Source of the DNA: Octopus sinensis | Taxonomy: Eukaryota | DNA: 64,000 nucleotides | Assembly (NCBI RefSeq): GCF_006345805.1 | Contig: NC_042999.1 | Span: 108,438,001-108,502,000, forward strand | Direction: 5' to 3' | Shown here: positions 24,913 to 39,185 of the stretch, piece after piece | How the letters are laid out: every line of letters starts with the position of its first letter | How positions within the stretch are numbered: position 1 is the stretch's first letter | The notes under the pieces: generated by a model | Told to the model about the DNA's origin: nothing | Database searches by the model: none | What the model saw: the letters and a program-made list of their open reading frames with translations, nothing else | Program-made: the position numbers and the translations under genes

Positions 24913-26639
24913 TATTTTTTCATAGTATAAATAAATCTAGTCACATAAAAAGAGTGATTTTTTTTTGCCTTAAAGTTATATCTTTTAATAGTTTATGTGT
25001 TTCATATGTCTTATAGCTATAAAACTATATTTTATGGCAATATTCTATTTGTACCTCCCTTCTTTAGTTAGTAGTAAAATTATTCATATAAACGTCTTTA
25101 ATCAATTTCCTTTATTAATCATGGTTGTGTAGTTAGTTCAGAAGTTCATTTTGCAACCATGTCATTTTAATTCCAGTCCCACCACATGGTACTCAGGACA
25201 AATGTATTCCACTAAAGCTCTGGGCCAACCATGCATGCTTTGTGAATGAGTTTGATAGACAGAAACTACTGGAAACCCGTTCTATGTCTATTTATGTTTG
25301 CCTTGTCACCACCTCCACTTGACAACCAACATTTTGGCAAAGAAATATCATCAGAGTAAGTGCAAGACTTAAAATAAGTACTGAGGTTGATTCGATCAAC
25401 TAAAACTTCTTCAAGGCAGTGCCCCATCATGGCCACTGCCAAGTGACTGAAACACAAATAATAAAAAGAAAATGGTTTATAAAAATGTAACCCTTTAAAC
25501 ATCAATCAATTCAAATCCACCTCTATTAAAATCTTCAAATTTTAATTCACATCTTGAGCTAAGGAAAGATATGAGATTTTAATAAGTAAATATTTGTCTC
25601 TCAATTGGAAGATTATTTATAGTTATTCACTAAACCTCTTATAATTCTTGATTATTTTGAAAATCCAAATCCAAATGCATCATTTTATGAAAATATATAG
25701 GGATTAAGTGCCATTTGAATTGGAAAGCAAAATTACTACAATGAACAAAATTTGTCTGTTGAGACTTTCTGTAGACTGGGAATTTAGAGAGATTACCAAG
25801 TTTATTTGAATTTGGATTGTACATTTTCAGGAATACTGCGAAACATTCTATCATAATTAATTAAAATTTTATCTAATAATGACACTAATCTAATATTATA
25901 GCAACAAAAATATTTACTAAATGAAATAGTTCCTCATTTTCCTTGCTAATGTTTGTGTTATAAGAATTCTTTTTTACTTTGTTTAATTCAAGTTACTTGT
26001 TTGCAATTGATTTGTGATAAATAAACATTCATTTAACGTTCTTTCTATCTGTGAATGATAAAATGATTCAGATATTGTTATTTCAAACTGTAAGCTTTAG
26101 TTGGATGCTTTGAAGCAGTGTGTGTGTTCTTATGTAGATGAATGTTTACTCTTTAGAAGAAAGTATAATTACTACTCAAAGCTAACGCAGTTTGTTGTCG
26201 TCATCACCATAATTTCAACATCCACTTTGCCATGTTTGCATGGGTCAGATGAAGTTTATTGCGGCAGATTTTTTACAGCTGGATGTCCTTACCTGTTTCC
26301 AAGCAAGGCAATATTTCTGTATTGTAAGACATGTTTACGCAGGATATAGGAAATAAAAGACGCTTATTTACATTAAAACAATGTAAAACAAAGACACATA
26401 CATGCTTACACACACATGCATACATACACAGAAATACACACACATTACTATATATATATATATATATATGAAGGGCTTCTTTCAGTTTTTGTCTACAAAA
26501 TCCATTCACAAGGCTTTGATCAGCCTGTGGCTATAGTAGAAGACACTTGCCCAAGGTGCCACGCAGTGGGACTGAACCCAGAACTATGTGGTTGGGAAGC
26601 AAATTTCTTACCACACACCCAAACCTGCATCTATGTATA

Positions 26640-27951
26640 TATGGTCTGATCAATAGGTATCCGGACTGTTGCTACAGAAACAAAACTACAGCACATACCA
26701 ATTTGGTATTTAATCTCCTTCAAGGTAGTCCCCTTCAGAAACCACACAATCCAGCACTGTTTTCATTGATGGAAGCATTCCTGGAACTCGTTTTCTGGGA
26801 TAATCAGCAGCTGCCTCATTGCATTCTCTTTGATTTCCCCAACATCCTGAAATCTTCCTTTTAAGCGGGATTTGATTTTAGGAAAAAGAAAAAAAAGTTG
26901 CAATGGGCGAGATCTGGGGTATATGGTAGTTGTCGAACCTAGAGAATGCTATGCCTAGCTAAAAACTGCTACACAAGCTGTGCTGAATGGGCAGGTATGT
27001 TGTCATGGTGCAATTGCCACTTACCAGACGCATGCAATTGTGGCCTTTTCCGATAAACAGCATCCCACAAATGCCACAAAACTTCACAGTAGTACTGCTT
27101 CTTTACTGTCTGACCAGGTGGAGCATACTCATAATGAACAATCTCCTAGTAGTTGAAGAAAACAGTCAACAGTGTCTTCACATTGTCTCAACTCATTTGT
27201 GCTTTCTTTGGTCTCAGAGAAGTTGGAGTCTTCCACTGCAAAGACTGAGCCTTTGTTTGGGGGTCATAGCCATAGACCTATGATTCATCAGCCATTATGA
27301 CCATTTTCAAAAAGTTTTCATTGTTCTCAACACAATCAAAGACACCTTGTGCAACTGAAACCTGAGTGTCTCTTTGGTCAGCTGAAAGCAGTTTTGGCAC
27401 AAATTTGGCAGACACGAGTTTCATACCCAAATCTTCAGTGATAATGGACTGAACTGAACCATAACTAATCTGCACAGCCTCTGATAACTCAACGGTCATT
27501 CAACGATTTTCCCTCACAGTTGCATGCGCATTTGCGATGTTTTACTCAGTTCTGCTGGTTGTGGGTCTTCCAGAACTTTCAACTCTATCAAAATTTTTTT
27601 GGCCATCTTGGAAACGTCTGAACCACTCATACACTTGTGTGCAGCTCATGCACTCCTCTCCATACATTTTCTGCAACTTTGCATAGGCCTCTGAGCAGGT
27701 ATTGCCAAGCTTTTGGCAAAATTTGATGCAGATTCTCTGGTTAACTTTCTCTGTTATGGTCAATGCAATGATCACGCACTACACACATTCCTTCCAAGCA
27801 CTGCTGTAAACAGCAGAAGTGAGCTAGATCATTAGAACTTAGTTTGCATAAACAGCAGAGTTCAAGGTCAATTTGTGCCAAGTGGTTTTACTCTGCGTGC
27901 TTTAGCTTCATTACTAGGGCAACAGTCCGGATACTTATTGATCAGACTACG
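26640..27951 (-). mobile_element. Full-length mariner (DD34D) transposon with a pseudogenised transposase
   Basis: About 33-bp TIRs (TATGGTCTGATCAATAGGTATCCGGACTGTTGC versus the reverse complement CGTAGTCTGATCAATAAGTATCCGGACTGTTGC) with flanking TA. Translation gives NQRICIKFCQKLG..TQVYEWFRRF..SGRPTTS, SAKFVPKLL, ADES*VYGYDP, LHHDN and YTPDLAHCN. There are 34 residues between the second and third catalytic positions, several stops, and the third D reads N. Confidence 0.93.
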
Positions 27952-30029
27952 TATTCCTTTATTAGACACTTCCTCAAAGGGTTTTAGTCAAACAAATTGA
28001 CCCCAGGACTTATTCTATTGGTTCTTTTGCCAAACTGCTAAATTACAAGGACATAAACATGCCAACACTGGTTGCCAAGCAGTGATGAGGGGGAAAAAAA
28101 AACACTGACACAAAGACACACACACACATAAATACATGCATATATATAAATATATATGACATACTTCTTTCAGTTTCCATCTACCAAATCCACTCACAAG
28201 TCTTTGGTTGATCTGAGGCTGTAGTAGAAGACACTTGCACAAGGTACCATGCAGTGGGATTGAACCCACAACCATGTGGTTTGGAAGCAAACTTCATACC
28301 ACGCAGTCATGCTTGTGCCTATATATATATATATATATATATATCAATACACACACACAGAGGCTTCTTTCATTTTCTTTCTACCAAATCTACTCATCAC
28401 AAGTCTTTAGTCAGTCCAGGATAATAGTAGAAAACACTTTCCTAACCTACCATATTGTGGGACTGAACCCATGATCATGCAGCTTGGAAGCAAAGTTCTT
28501 AACCACACACCCCACACCTGCATCTGAATTAATAACTAGGTTGTAGGTATGTTTATTATTATCAAACTAATCTACTATGTTACTAATACAAGAAAAGCTA
28601 CTGGTGCTCCCTTTAACAGTTATTGGGTCATAAACTAAAACTTCAAATATTTACTGTGTAGATTTTACTGATTCCCTTTTAAGAACTGATCATTTGATTC
28701 ACTAATACTTCCTCTATGTGTGTGACCTTTAGAATACTAAATGGCTTCTGTTTTCATTATAATTATTTGTGTTTCAAGAAGAGCCATTGTATTCATTTGG
28801 GAGGTATTTAAGGGATGTAATTGCTTATGCATTTGATGGCGGCTTACAAAATAATTTGCCAATTTTACGCCTACATTGTTTAATATTATTTGGTTAATTT
28901 ATGAAGAAGCCAAAATGTTCTTGGCTCTCTTAGGTTTTCTCTTCCTCAACAAATATGCTGCGTCTGGCATTTTATTTGTTCTCTTTTTATATTTATTTGT
29001 TCTATATCTTCATTTTTCTGTCCTTTTGCATTCTCCTTTTTCTTAAAGCATTTCTCTATTTCACTTTTTTATTTGCTATATATCTAACATTCTCCTCTGT
29101 ACTGCTCTGTTATTCTTTCTTATCCTTCTTGTTTATCATTCTCTCCTTTTCTTCTCCATTTAATCTTTCCTTTATTTCTCCTCTGTCATCCTCATTCATT
29201 TCCACTCCCTTCATATTTTCCTCTTTCCTTCATTCCTCCTTTTCAACACATAGCATATATCTTAATGTGAGACAGTACCATGTATGCATGTGTATGCGTA
29301 CGAGTGTGTAATATTCCATTGAACTCCTCTCCTGTTTTCACTTGAATTATAACTCTATGTATATAATTGAGTTGGCTTTTGCCTGGTACTGCATCTGTTC
29401 TAATAAACAGACTTGCACTTGTTGGCATTATGTTAAGAACCACACCACTATCTTCGTTAGCATGTTGCACAACAATAAAACATTTTTAATGAAGAAATGT
29501 TAATGATTAGCTGTTTTAAGTCTAATTTCAGATGAACTTGATGTTATAAATTGTAGAAAGGGGATGATTATAGAATACACCAATGTTCAACGCATTGTCT
29601 TCTTGCTGATTTCTGTTTGAAATGTTATTTTGATAATCTAATTTGTACACTGCTTCATACATTTCCTGTTCAATTGACTAAAACTGGTAGCTAAGCTCTT
29701 TCATTGTTAAGTTGATTATTGACTAAAATTCATAAAAATTTCTGGACTAAATAAATCAGATAGTTGAATCACAAGGATATGACACATCCATTACTTCAGC
29801 GTAGGTTTGAAATATTGCATTCAATTTATGGATTTATGAAATACTTGATATCCATATCCAATAAGTAAGTTTGCTCCACAAAGTAACAAAACATGAATTA
29901 ATTTGATTTATTCCATAGATTAGAAAATACGAAAAGCAAAACATTATAGCTTTTTAATGGCTAATAGGCAAAAAATCCAAAAAAAACTCACACACAAATA
30001 CACACACATACATATATATATACATATAT

Positions 30030-30074
<45 letters not shown>

Positions 30075-30769
30075 TATATATATCATATATATATGCTAGT
30101 TTGTAATGTAGGTTTTATTTTTTTATATTAAAAGGGTGTTTCAAATTTAATGATTTTTTGTTTTTTTTCCCAATATTTATTAAATCTATTCCTAAACTGA
30201 GTTGCTTGTATCAACAGCCTTTCAGTATAAATCAGTTCTAGTTTTCATAGATTTTTAATGTTTGATGTTGTATTAGCTTAATGCATAACTTCTAAAATAA
30301 TTTATGTTCAAACTAATAGAATACCAAGTCATCATTGTTGAGGCTAACTTATTTTATCTGTTATCTTATTCAGTTGATAAACTAAGAAATGTGGGGCTTG
30401 TATCTTACTTCACTCATGAATCTGTCAGCATAAATTTCAAGGCAAATGATTTAAAATCAATTTGGCAGTCTTCATTTGCTTATCTTCTATAAAAATCTCA
30501 TGTTTGAAGAAGTGAATTCACCAAATTTTACATTATTTGATTTGTAGTCTCACCATAATGTTAAAAGATATATAAAAAGAAGTTGTTTTTTTCCCCCTTA
30601 TATTCCAAAGTAGTTTTTGTTTCTTTGGCTGCTATTACAGCATCTAGAAAACTTCAAGTTATAATCAATGATTGCATTAAGATTTCTTTTTAACAACTTC
30701 AATGATATGACCCTATGTTTAAGAAGTTGGCAGTTTCAACCCTAAATGTTAACATAAATTACAGAAGTC

Positions 30770-31105
30770 AGACTGTATGAAGAATACATAAGGACTGTGA
30801 TATTTCGCAGAAATAGCTTGACTTATTTATGTAATGTTGGGGACTGAGAGAAATGAGTGAAGTAGATCTGTTGGAAAGCAACTTGCATGAAATGCAAGAG
30901 AAAAGTGATCCAAGTGAGTGGTTAGGCACTAAAGGTATCAACTGGTGTGTGCAGAAGAGGTTATTGTGCTTCTGTGGACATATGATGCAAATAGATGACA
31001 CCTACTGGGTAGAAAGGCTTTATATATTGACAGCAGAAGGTGTCAGTGACTGAGGAAAGGTAATAAACATATGAGAAGTGGTATGGGACTTGCAGACAAG
31101 ATAAT
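30770..31105 (+). mobile_element. Decayed RTE LINE 3' ORF fragment
   Basis: RLYEEYIRTVIF..LHEMQE..WLGTKGINWCVQKRLLCFCGHMMQID..AEG resembles the RTE C-terminus at 5159-5398. Confidence 0.6.
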
Positions 31106-33877
31106 AAAAAATTGTTGTTGTTGAACCATGGGTCTGCCCTCAACAAACAAGCCTTATAATCAAAGGCATTCCAACTACAACCATCTTATTTCTTTGTCTT
31201 TAGTATTGTATGCCTGTGACTGCTTCTTGAGATATGTCCCTTCCTCTTTAAGACAGTATTTGTGGGTAATGATAAGATTTGCTGCTATTTCTCTCAAGCC
31301 AAGAAATCTTATAATGAAGACTAATTATTAAATGGAATGAATATATGAGCTACTACAGACCTGTCCGATTTATTCTATCAAAAAATCTAACATTACACTT
31401 ATGCTAATTATTTATTTACATTAAATATTCTGTTTATTCAAATCATTGGAATTTGCCTACTGGATCTCATCATTTGTCTTTATTATCAAGAAGAAACATG
31501 CAAGTGCTTCTATGAACCATACTATGTCATTTAAGGAAATAAAATATTAAATCAGATTTGGCACAAACACCGAGTCTTTTAGTATCTTTCCTTACATCTG
31601 TTAAATGAAAGTATCTACCATTAATTCTGCCTCTTAATAAAATAATTATTGACTCACTTATGAATAGAACCTGTAGAAAATATGAATGTACAGAGATAAC
31701 AACAATAAATTAAGTATAGTTGTTTACTTTGATTATCAGTGTACCACAAGCAATTTGGACCTCTTCTAGTCCAAATGTTATGATAATTCAAAATAATTAA
31801 ACAACAATTGCCCTTCCAAAGTATGGTAAGGTACATGTTTGATATAGACAGAAAGTCATGTATAGAAAAATACCAAGTTTCAAAGTAGAACATTATTAAT
31901 AAAAGCAGAATTTATGTAAATGTGTTGCAGAAAATGCTTATACAGATGTTCATAATTGTAAAGTCAATCGTGTAATTTAGTATTGCAGGGCTTAGTGGTA
32001 AGGGTATTCAGCTCACAATTGTAAGATAGTGAGTTCAATATCTAGCAGCAGGTTGTGTTCTTCAGCAAAACACCTTATTTCACATTGCTCCTGTCCTCTC
32101 AACTGCCAAAAATTAAATAACACTTATATTTCAAAGGGCCAGCCTTGTCACATCCGGTGTCACACTGAATCTCTCCGAGAACTACATTAAGAGTACACAT
32201 GTCTGTGCAGTACACAGCCCTGTCACACATTAATTTCATGAGCAGGTAGTTTTGTTGATCAGATCAACTGGAACCCTCGATGTTGTAATCGGCATAGGAA
32301 CACTTTTTTAATATATATTTTCTTGGATTTAAAGTTCCTTTGCAGTGTCACATGTGGTGAGAGTGGGTACTTTCACTGGGGTAAAAAAAATTTTTTTTTT
32401 TCAAAAAAAGTACTTGGTATAAAAAACTGGCAGAAAATAGAATATGACAAATTGATTTATCATCTAGATTAAATATGTCTTATAATCTGAAATATGGGTG
32501 AACAGATGACCATTTTTGTTCTGTGGTGCTGTTCTACTGGATTGGGGTAACAATTTTTTTTTTGTCTTTAGTCAGTAAGTGTTATTTTCTCTTTGCTTTT
32601 GTCTATTCTCTTCAAACTTTGCTTTTTGTGATCTAGACATCAATGTTTTAAAACTGACTTATTTTCCATTACATCTCAGACAGATTCAGTGCTGAGTTGT
32701 TGAAGCAGAAATATTGTTATAACAAATATTCTGCTCAATATCACAGATATGCTTGTCAGTTGCTTGGGCATGAACAGGAGGTGTTGGGGAGCATTATAGC
32801 CATGTGTTGATAGGGATTCTTTGTGGTTTGAAAAAATGTAACAAAAACAAAGTTTGAAGGAAAATATTAGCCATTTTTCATACTTTCAAGGGGTAAGCAA
32901 ATAGGAAATAACAGCTGCTACCCAAAGACAAAAATCGTGTTACACAATATTATGATAGAAAAGAAAATTAAGTGAATGTTTACCACTATCTTATTGTGGT
33001 GAGATAGAAACAGCTACAAGGTAAAGAGTTTTGAATTCCACATTATATATCCAAAAGATCTGTGATTTGCCTAAATCCTGAAGAGTACTGAATAGCTAAT
33101 ATGCTGTATGTTTGAAGGTTGCTTCAGACCTAGCAATTTGATAAAACATTATAGTGGGAGGCCAAAATGAAATGTTTTGCTGTAGTCAGTATATATTATA
33201 TCATTTGTAAGGCCTTGTGGAATAAGGTTTTTACATGTATTATTTTGTTTGATATTTTTCTTTTTTGCTTTGCTATTTTTACTTGACAGCATTGTTTATT
33301 TACATAAACACTGTAGAGCCAATAACAACAAATAAGGATGCTTATTTGGAAAGAAAATATTAGCTGCAATTCAGTTAAACAAATAATATCGAATTGCAAA
33401 GAAGAATTTTTTTTAATATATATGCACCGACTACAACCCATTTTTAATGTCAATTAAGTATTGTTTAGATCAATTTACATTCTTCTATCGGGAGTAATAA
33501 TACAAACCTAGACAATAATATATGTGTATGTTCTCTAAGGAAGCTGCATATCTCTGTCTCTCTTTCCCTCTGTCTATTTGTTTCTTTCTCTCTCTCTCAT
33601 CCCCAATTTCTCTTTCCCCCACTCTCTTTCTCTCTCTTCCTATTCTTTCTTTCCCCCCACTATTTCTCCCTCTCCACTTTCTCTTTCCCACACACTCTCT
33701 CTTCCCTCTCTAATATATTGAAATTATTTCTGGTAATAGATTCTTTGAGACTATCTCAATTGGCAGAGCATGAGACTTAGTAATTGAAATAGCCTCTGTT
33801 TAGTCTCCATCATATTACCACTGAACAACCGTTATATTTCTGATACTTATCTTCAACAAAAACTTATATTTAAATAC

Positions 33878-33911
<34 letters not shown>

Positions 33912-34599
33912 TACATTCATCCTGAGTGTATGTACACTTAGTTAAAAGGAACAGCAATTAAATTTCAAAGATTGCTTTTCTTCCACATATTAACTGACTG
34001 TCCCCAGAAGTGCCAGAGGATGCCATACTAACATCAATAACAGTGTATATTTTGTTCTGTTTACCACAACACAAATGCACTGTCCAGTCAAATTTGGAGC
34101 AAATACAGAATTAACTATAGTTTTATTCACAAATATATCAGAAACGAGCAAATGAACAAAAAGTAAATACTCTCATTAAGTAATTAATGCCATGTATGGT
34201 AATCAAGGGCTGTATAGCATGTCAGGCCTGTTATTAAATGTTATAAAGGCAAAGGTGAGATACAAGAGTGGAATAAGTTATAAAAGACCTAAATTAAGAG
34301 GCCAAGAGATAGAAATGGTAGAGAAGGTCATATCAGAAGCCAGTGTAGGATAAAATAATTAATAGCAACATACTTTGGAAACGGGATATAGGAATACAGA
34401 TAATTAGGGTGGGGAGACTGAGAAGAAACCTGGTTACTGGCACAATGTAGATTATGAATTATTATGTGGTGCTATGTCAACCTATTTAATATAATAGATA
34501 ATAGTTAATTTGGTTGGCCATGGTGCATTAAGTCCTCTCATTTTTTTTTTTCCAATTTTCAATTAAGTGAAGCAAACTTATTTCATTGCTGTAATTATT

Positions 34600-35610
34600 A
34601 TCTGTATGAAGGTGGTCAGCTAGCAGAATCGTGAGCTTGCTGAACAAAATGCTTAGCGGCATTTTCTCCACCATTATATTCTGAGTTCTAATTCTGTCAA
34701 GGTTGACTTGGCCTTTCATCAATTTATTTTCAATAAAGTTGAGCACTGGGGTTGATGTATTCAATGTAAACTAGTCCCCTCCCCCAGAACTGCCGGTAGT
34801 ATAAAGAATTATCATTGTAAAGGCAGCATGCTGACAGACTTCTTGGAATGCTGGATAAAATGCTTAGCAGAATTTCTTTTGGCTTTATGATAGGAGTTCA
34901 AATTCCCCAAGGTCAACTTTTCTCTTCATACTTTTGGGATCAATAAAGGAAGTACCAGTTGAACACTGTCATCCATGTAATTAAGTAGCCCTTTTGTTCA
35001 AAATTCCAGGCTTTATGCCTACAGTAGAAAGAATTATTATTATTATGTTATTTGGTTTTACTGTTACTTTTGCTAAGGTGGTGGATTGACAAAATTGTTA
35101 AAACCTTGAAGAAAATATGCACCTTGCTGTATTTCTTCTGATTCTATACATTCTGGGTTCAAATTCTACCAAAGTCAGCTTTACTTTTCATCATTTTAGA
35201 GTTGATAGAATAATGTATCAATCTATAACAGTGGCAAAATTGTTAGAACACTGGACAAAATGTCTTGTGGTATATGTTCTAACTCTTTATTTTCCAACTC
35301 TGCCTGTGACAACTGCAGTGAATATACATGTGATTGCAATATAGTGAATGACTCCAGTTCATAATATTTCAAATTTACTATTTATTTTGTATAACTATAA
35401 TTGGTTTCAAATTTTGTCACAAGGCCAGCCATTCCAGGGAAGGGGGTTAAGTCAACTGCATCCACCCTAGTGCTCAACTGGTAATTATTTTATCGGCCCT
35501 GAAAGGGCGAAAGGCAAAGTCAACCATGGTGGAATTTGAACTTAGAATATAAAGACAGACAAAATGTCACTAAGCATTTTGCTTGGCATGCTAACAATTC
35601 TGTCAGCTTC
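34600..35610. mobile_element. Cluster of old family B SINE units
   Basis: At least four CpG-decayed units in both orientations. Confidence 0.65.
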
Positions 35611-38389
35611 CTGCCTTTGTATAACTGTAATTAATGAATAGAAATTGCTACAACTATATTGACTACAATACTATGAAATAAATGTAGTCTACTGTGGCCA
35701 CACCTGAAGTGAAGTATTTGTTTTTGACCCCCAACGTTAGCTTGTTATGAAGGCTTCATTTTGTTTAAATTGTCATTTTGATTACTTTGAGATCACATCA
35801 TATGAAGGTATAAATGCTTGTCAGTTTGATTCAGTTGATTGTTTGGGTCATCTCATAGATAATGCAGTTTTTTCAATTGCATGAACTAAAGGTTAGAGGC
35901 AGGATGGGATAAATTACCTGCATCAACTTGCTATTAAAGCAGGTAGTAATTTTACCTTGTCCTTATTCTTAGTGCCAGTTTTGAAAAGTGCAGTTCGATT
36001 TTAACTGTTGTGTTTTCAAAGCTATAATGGAAGTGAAAAAGGAGCATATTCAACATGCAGTAATCCCTCAACTATCACATGTGTTATGTTCCAAAACGCT
36101 CCGCAATAGATGAAAATCCACGAAAAAGAAACAGTATTGCACTGTATATTTTTTTTATTATTTCTATAATTTGTATATATCAAAAAGCATTCCAGCCATG
36201 ATCATCCAGTCACTTTTTCTGATGCAGTATAACATCAGTTTATATTATCCAATGTATCTGTCTTTCTCTTATTTGGGGTTTTTGAAATCATTTATGCAAT
36301 TTGTGGGCAATTTGGCTTCTTTTACCAACAAGCTAAGTGACCATGAAGAAACTTTGATTGCGTATCCCTTGGCACAATTTGGTTTCATTTGGTTTGGTAA
36401 TATGTTGTATATTTAGTGATTGTATGATTATGTAAACTGCAGTGTAGTAATGAGCTTTTACCATCGTACTTAGTTGTTTAGAGGTTCAGAATGAAGCTCT
36501 GCATATGTATGTAGTTAATGCAGAACAGTTTTCATTAATATGGGGAGTTTATTAATAAAGCTAGTTCATGGCTTAGGGCTTTAAATTTCACTGTATGATA
36601 GCTATGAAATAACATCACTTGAACTTCTGGGGTAAAAGGTTAAAAGCAACATATTCTGATAACAGTGGTGAAGTCCAGAGAATCACAGATGAAAATATGT
36701 TGTATGTTTCCATAAAGTAGCATTGATTTAATGTTATGTGATACCTAATAAATGAAAGAATTATATCTCTTATAACCTTGTTTAGTGCCAGACCAGTCCT
36801 AATTGAATAGAAAGAGCTATATAATCAATGTTGTTCAAGCCATGATTATCATACTTTTATGCTTTATCTTCACAGTAGATCCAGGGCCACATTGGCTAAT
36901 GTATCCCATTAAGGAAAATGTAACTGCTATTTTTAGCAGATCATTTGACTGCCTTGTTCATTCAGATGATTGAGTGAAAATTATTAGAAACAGTTAAGAA
37001 AAGGTATCATAGTTTATGACACCATCAACTGATTTAACAGATTTTATAATTAATTTCTAGAAAAATATTTCTAAACTAAGTGCAATCAGCTATCTATTTT
37101 TTATTTGAGAATCTCTAGATTTTTAAAAAAATTCCCACCTGGTTTACAAATGTAAAAGGCACTTATTTCTCTGACTGGTTTAGTTAAAAAGATTTCTTTA
37201 TAAAAAGCATGCTGTTGTATGTAGAGACTGCAGTAGTGTCTATGTGGGAGACTCTCCATTTATTTGTAACTTTTGTTTTACATAGTTTGAGATTAATTAA
37301 AGTTATAAAAAATATTCAGATTTTTTGTCTACACAAAATATTTCTCATGAATTAATGTTTAAGTATATTTGTGAATCTATCAAAAATTACTTTAATTGAA
37401 ACAAACATTCAAGTTCTATAATAAGATTTTTTTTTGCAAAAGTATAAGCGTTTCTTTGTGAAATGATTTACAGAGGAATTTTCATTCATTTTTCAACTGA
37501 AAACATTAATAATAATGTAAATTGATCAGCATTCAAATTAACTTCAGTTAACTGTCAGTTTTAAAAAAAGTATTAATTTATTTTATGTCTAACCATTTTT
37601 TTTAATGTTAAATGTTGCTACTATTATATTTATTATTCATTTATATAAGACTGACTAGTGTATAAGATTTATTAGTCTCAAGAGGAGCCAACAGCGATAT
37701 ATTATATAATCAGACATTGGTTTTCTTTTTAACCATTATATATATAGATATAGATATATACTTTTTTTTTGTTTTTGGTGGGTGGGGGGTGTTTTTTGCA
37801 ATGGTAATCTTAGAATAATGTCTTTCTGAATATAGCTCTGCATGTAGTTTCTATCTGTCTCAGTTGGCAGAATCGGTAGAGTAGTGAACGAAAATGCCTG
37901 GTGAAATATTGTTACACTCCTTCCATGTTTTATGTTTTGAATCCAACAGACATCAACTTTGCCTTTTATCTTTAAAAGTGTCGATAGAATAATAATGGGA
38001 TTGATAAGATCGATAAGATCGCCTATATCTTTCCCACAAAATATGTGACCTTATAGCTATGTTAGAAATCAATATCATTTATCTATGAATATCTCTAGGA
38101 ACAATATGTACTACAATGAACTACAATGTATGATTTGGAAATTGAAGTTTGTATGCAATGTACAGAAGAGAATACTGATGTTTCTTACAAAGCCCTTCAG
38201 TAGAAAGAAAGGAAAGATTCTTTACATAGTTTACTGAGTGCATTGGCACCAGCACTAAAAAGTATACTTTGTCCCCAACAAGGCTACAAGCTCCTTTCTA
38301 CTGCACGTTGTCCCCATCCATTCACCAACTTTGCAATACATTATGTTTTTATTTCAACATGTGTTTGTTAGGAGTGAAAAGGGATACAA

Positions 38390-39115
38390 CCTATTTCTTT
38401 ACTACCCACAAGGGGCTAAACACAGAGAGGACAAATAAGGACACACAAATGGATTAAGTCGATTATATCGACCCCAGTGCATAACTGGTATTTATTTAAT
38501 CGATCTCGAAGGGATGAAAGGCAAAATTGACCTCGGTGGAATTTGAACTCAGAATGTAAAGACAGATGAAATACCGCTAAGCATTTTGCCCAGCGTGCTA
38601 ACGTTTTTGCCAGCTCAACTCATTTCAGGACTTCCGAGACAGATAGGAGAAACAATGTGGATTACATTCACTGGAGGCTTAACATGAATGCTTACAGCAA
38701 AGTGACCCCTCTAAAAACACCCTAGGATTCAGTGATGACATATTATCTTTCAAACATTAGACTGTAGCCATGATGGGCCAACACCTTGAAGAATTTTAGT
38801 CAAACAAATCAACCGAAATCCTTTTATTTGCTTATTTGTAAGTCTGGTACTTATTCTATCATTCTCTTGCTGAACTAGGTTACAGGGACATAAACACACC
38901 AACACCAGTTGTCAAGCAGTGGTGGGGGGAATCAGACACAATAACACACACACATACAATGGACTTCTGTCAGTTTCCCTCTACCAAATCTGCTCACAAG
39001 GCTTTGGTCTGCCCAAGGCTATAGTGGAAGACACTTGCAACATGGTGCCACACAGTAGGACTAGACTCAGAACCATGTGGGTGGGAAACAAAACTTCTTA
39101 TCACACAGCCATGTC
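38390..39115 (-). mobile_element. SINE family B (38390-38620) and family A (about 38760-39115) copies
   Basis: Reverse matches to the copies at 21048 and 2703. Confidence 0.75.
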
Positions 39116-39163
39116 TGTACCCATTACATAAAAAAAAGATTGCAGTCTTTTCTCTCTTTGAAG

Positions 39164-39185
39164 CTGAGCTCTGCTCAAAATATCT
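39164..39185 (+). CDS. Candidate 22-nt coding exon (xELCSKYL)
   Basis: GTCTTTTCTCTCTTTGAAG|CTGAGCTCTGCTCAAAATATCT|GTAAGC; phase 1 to 2, compatible with the next exon. Confidence 0.35.

Noticed and set aside
29243-29470. 75-aa minus ORF with a protein-like middle
   Set aside because: No convincing splice sites or recognisable motif, and it runs into a CA-rich repeat.
36481-36700. Two plus-strand exon-like segments (EVQNEALH; GEVQRITDENM) with GTATGT donors
   Set aside because: They fit each other, but they end in phase 2 while the 39164 exon starts in phase 1, and the acceptors are moderate. Left unresolved.
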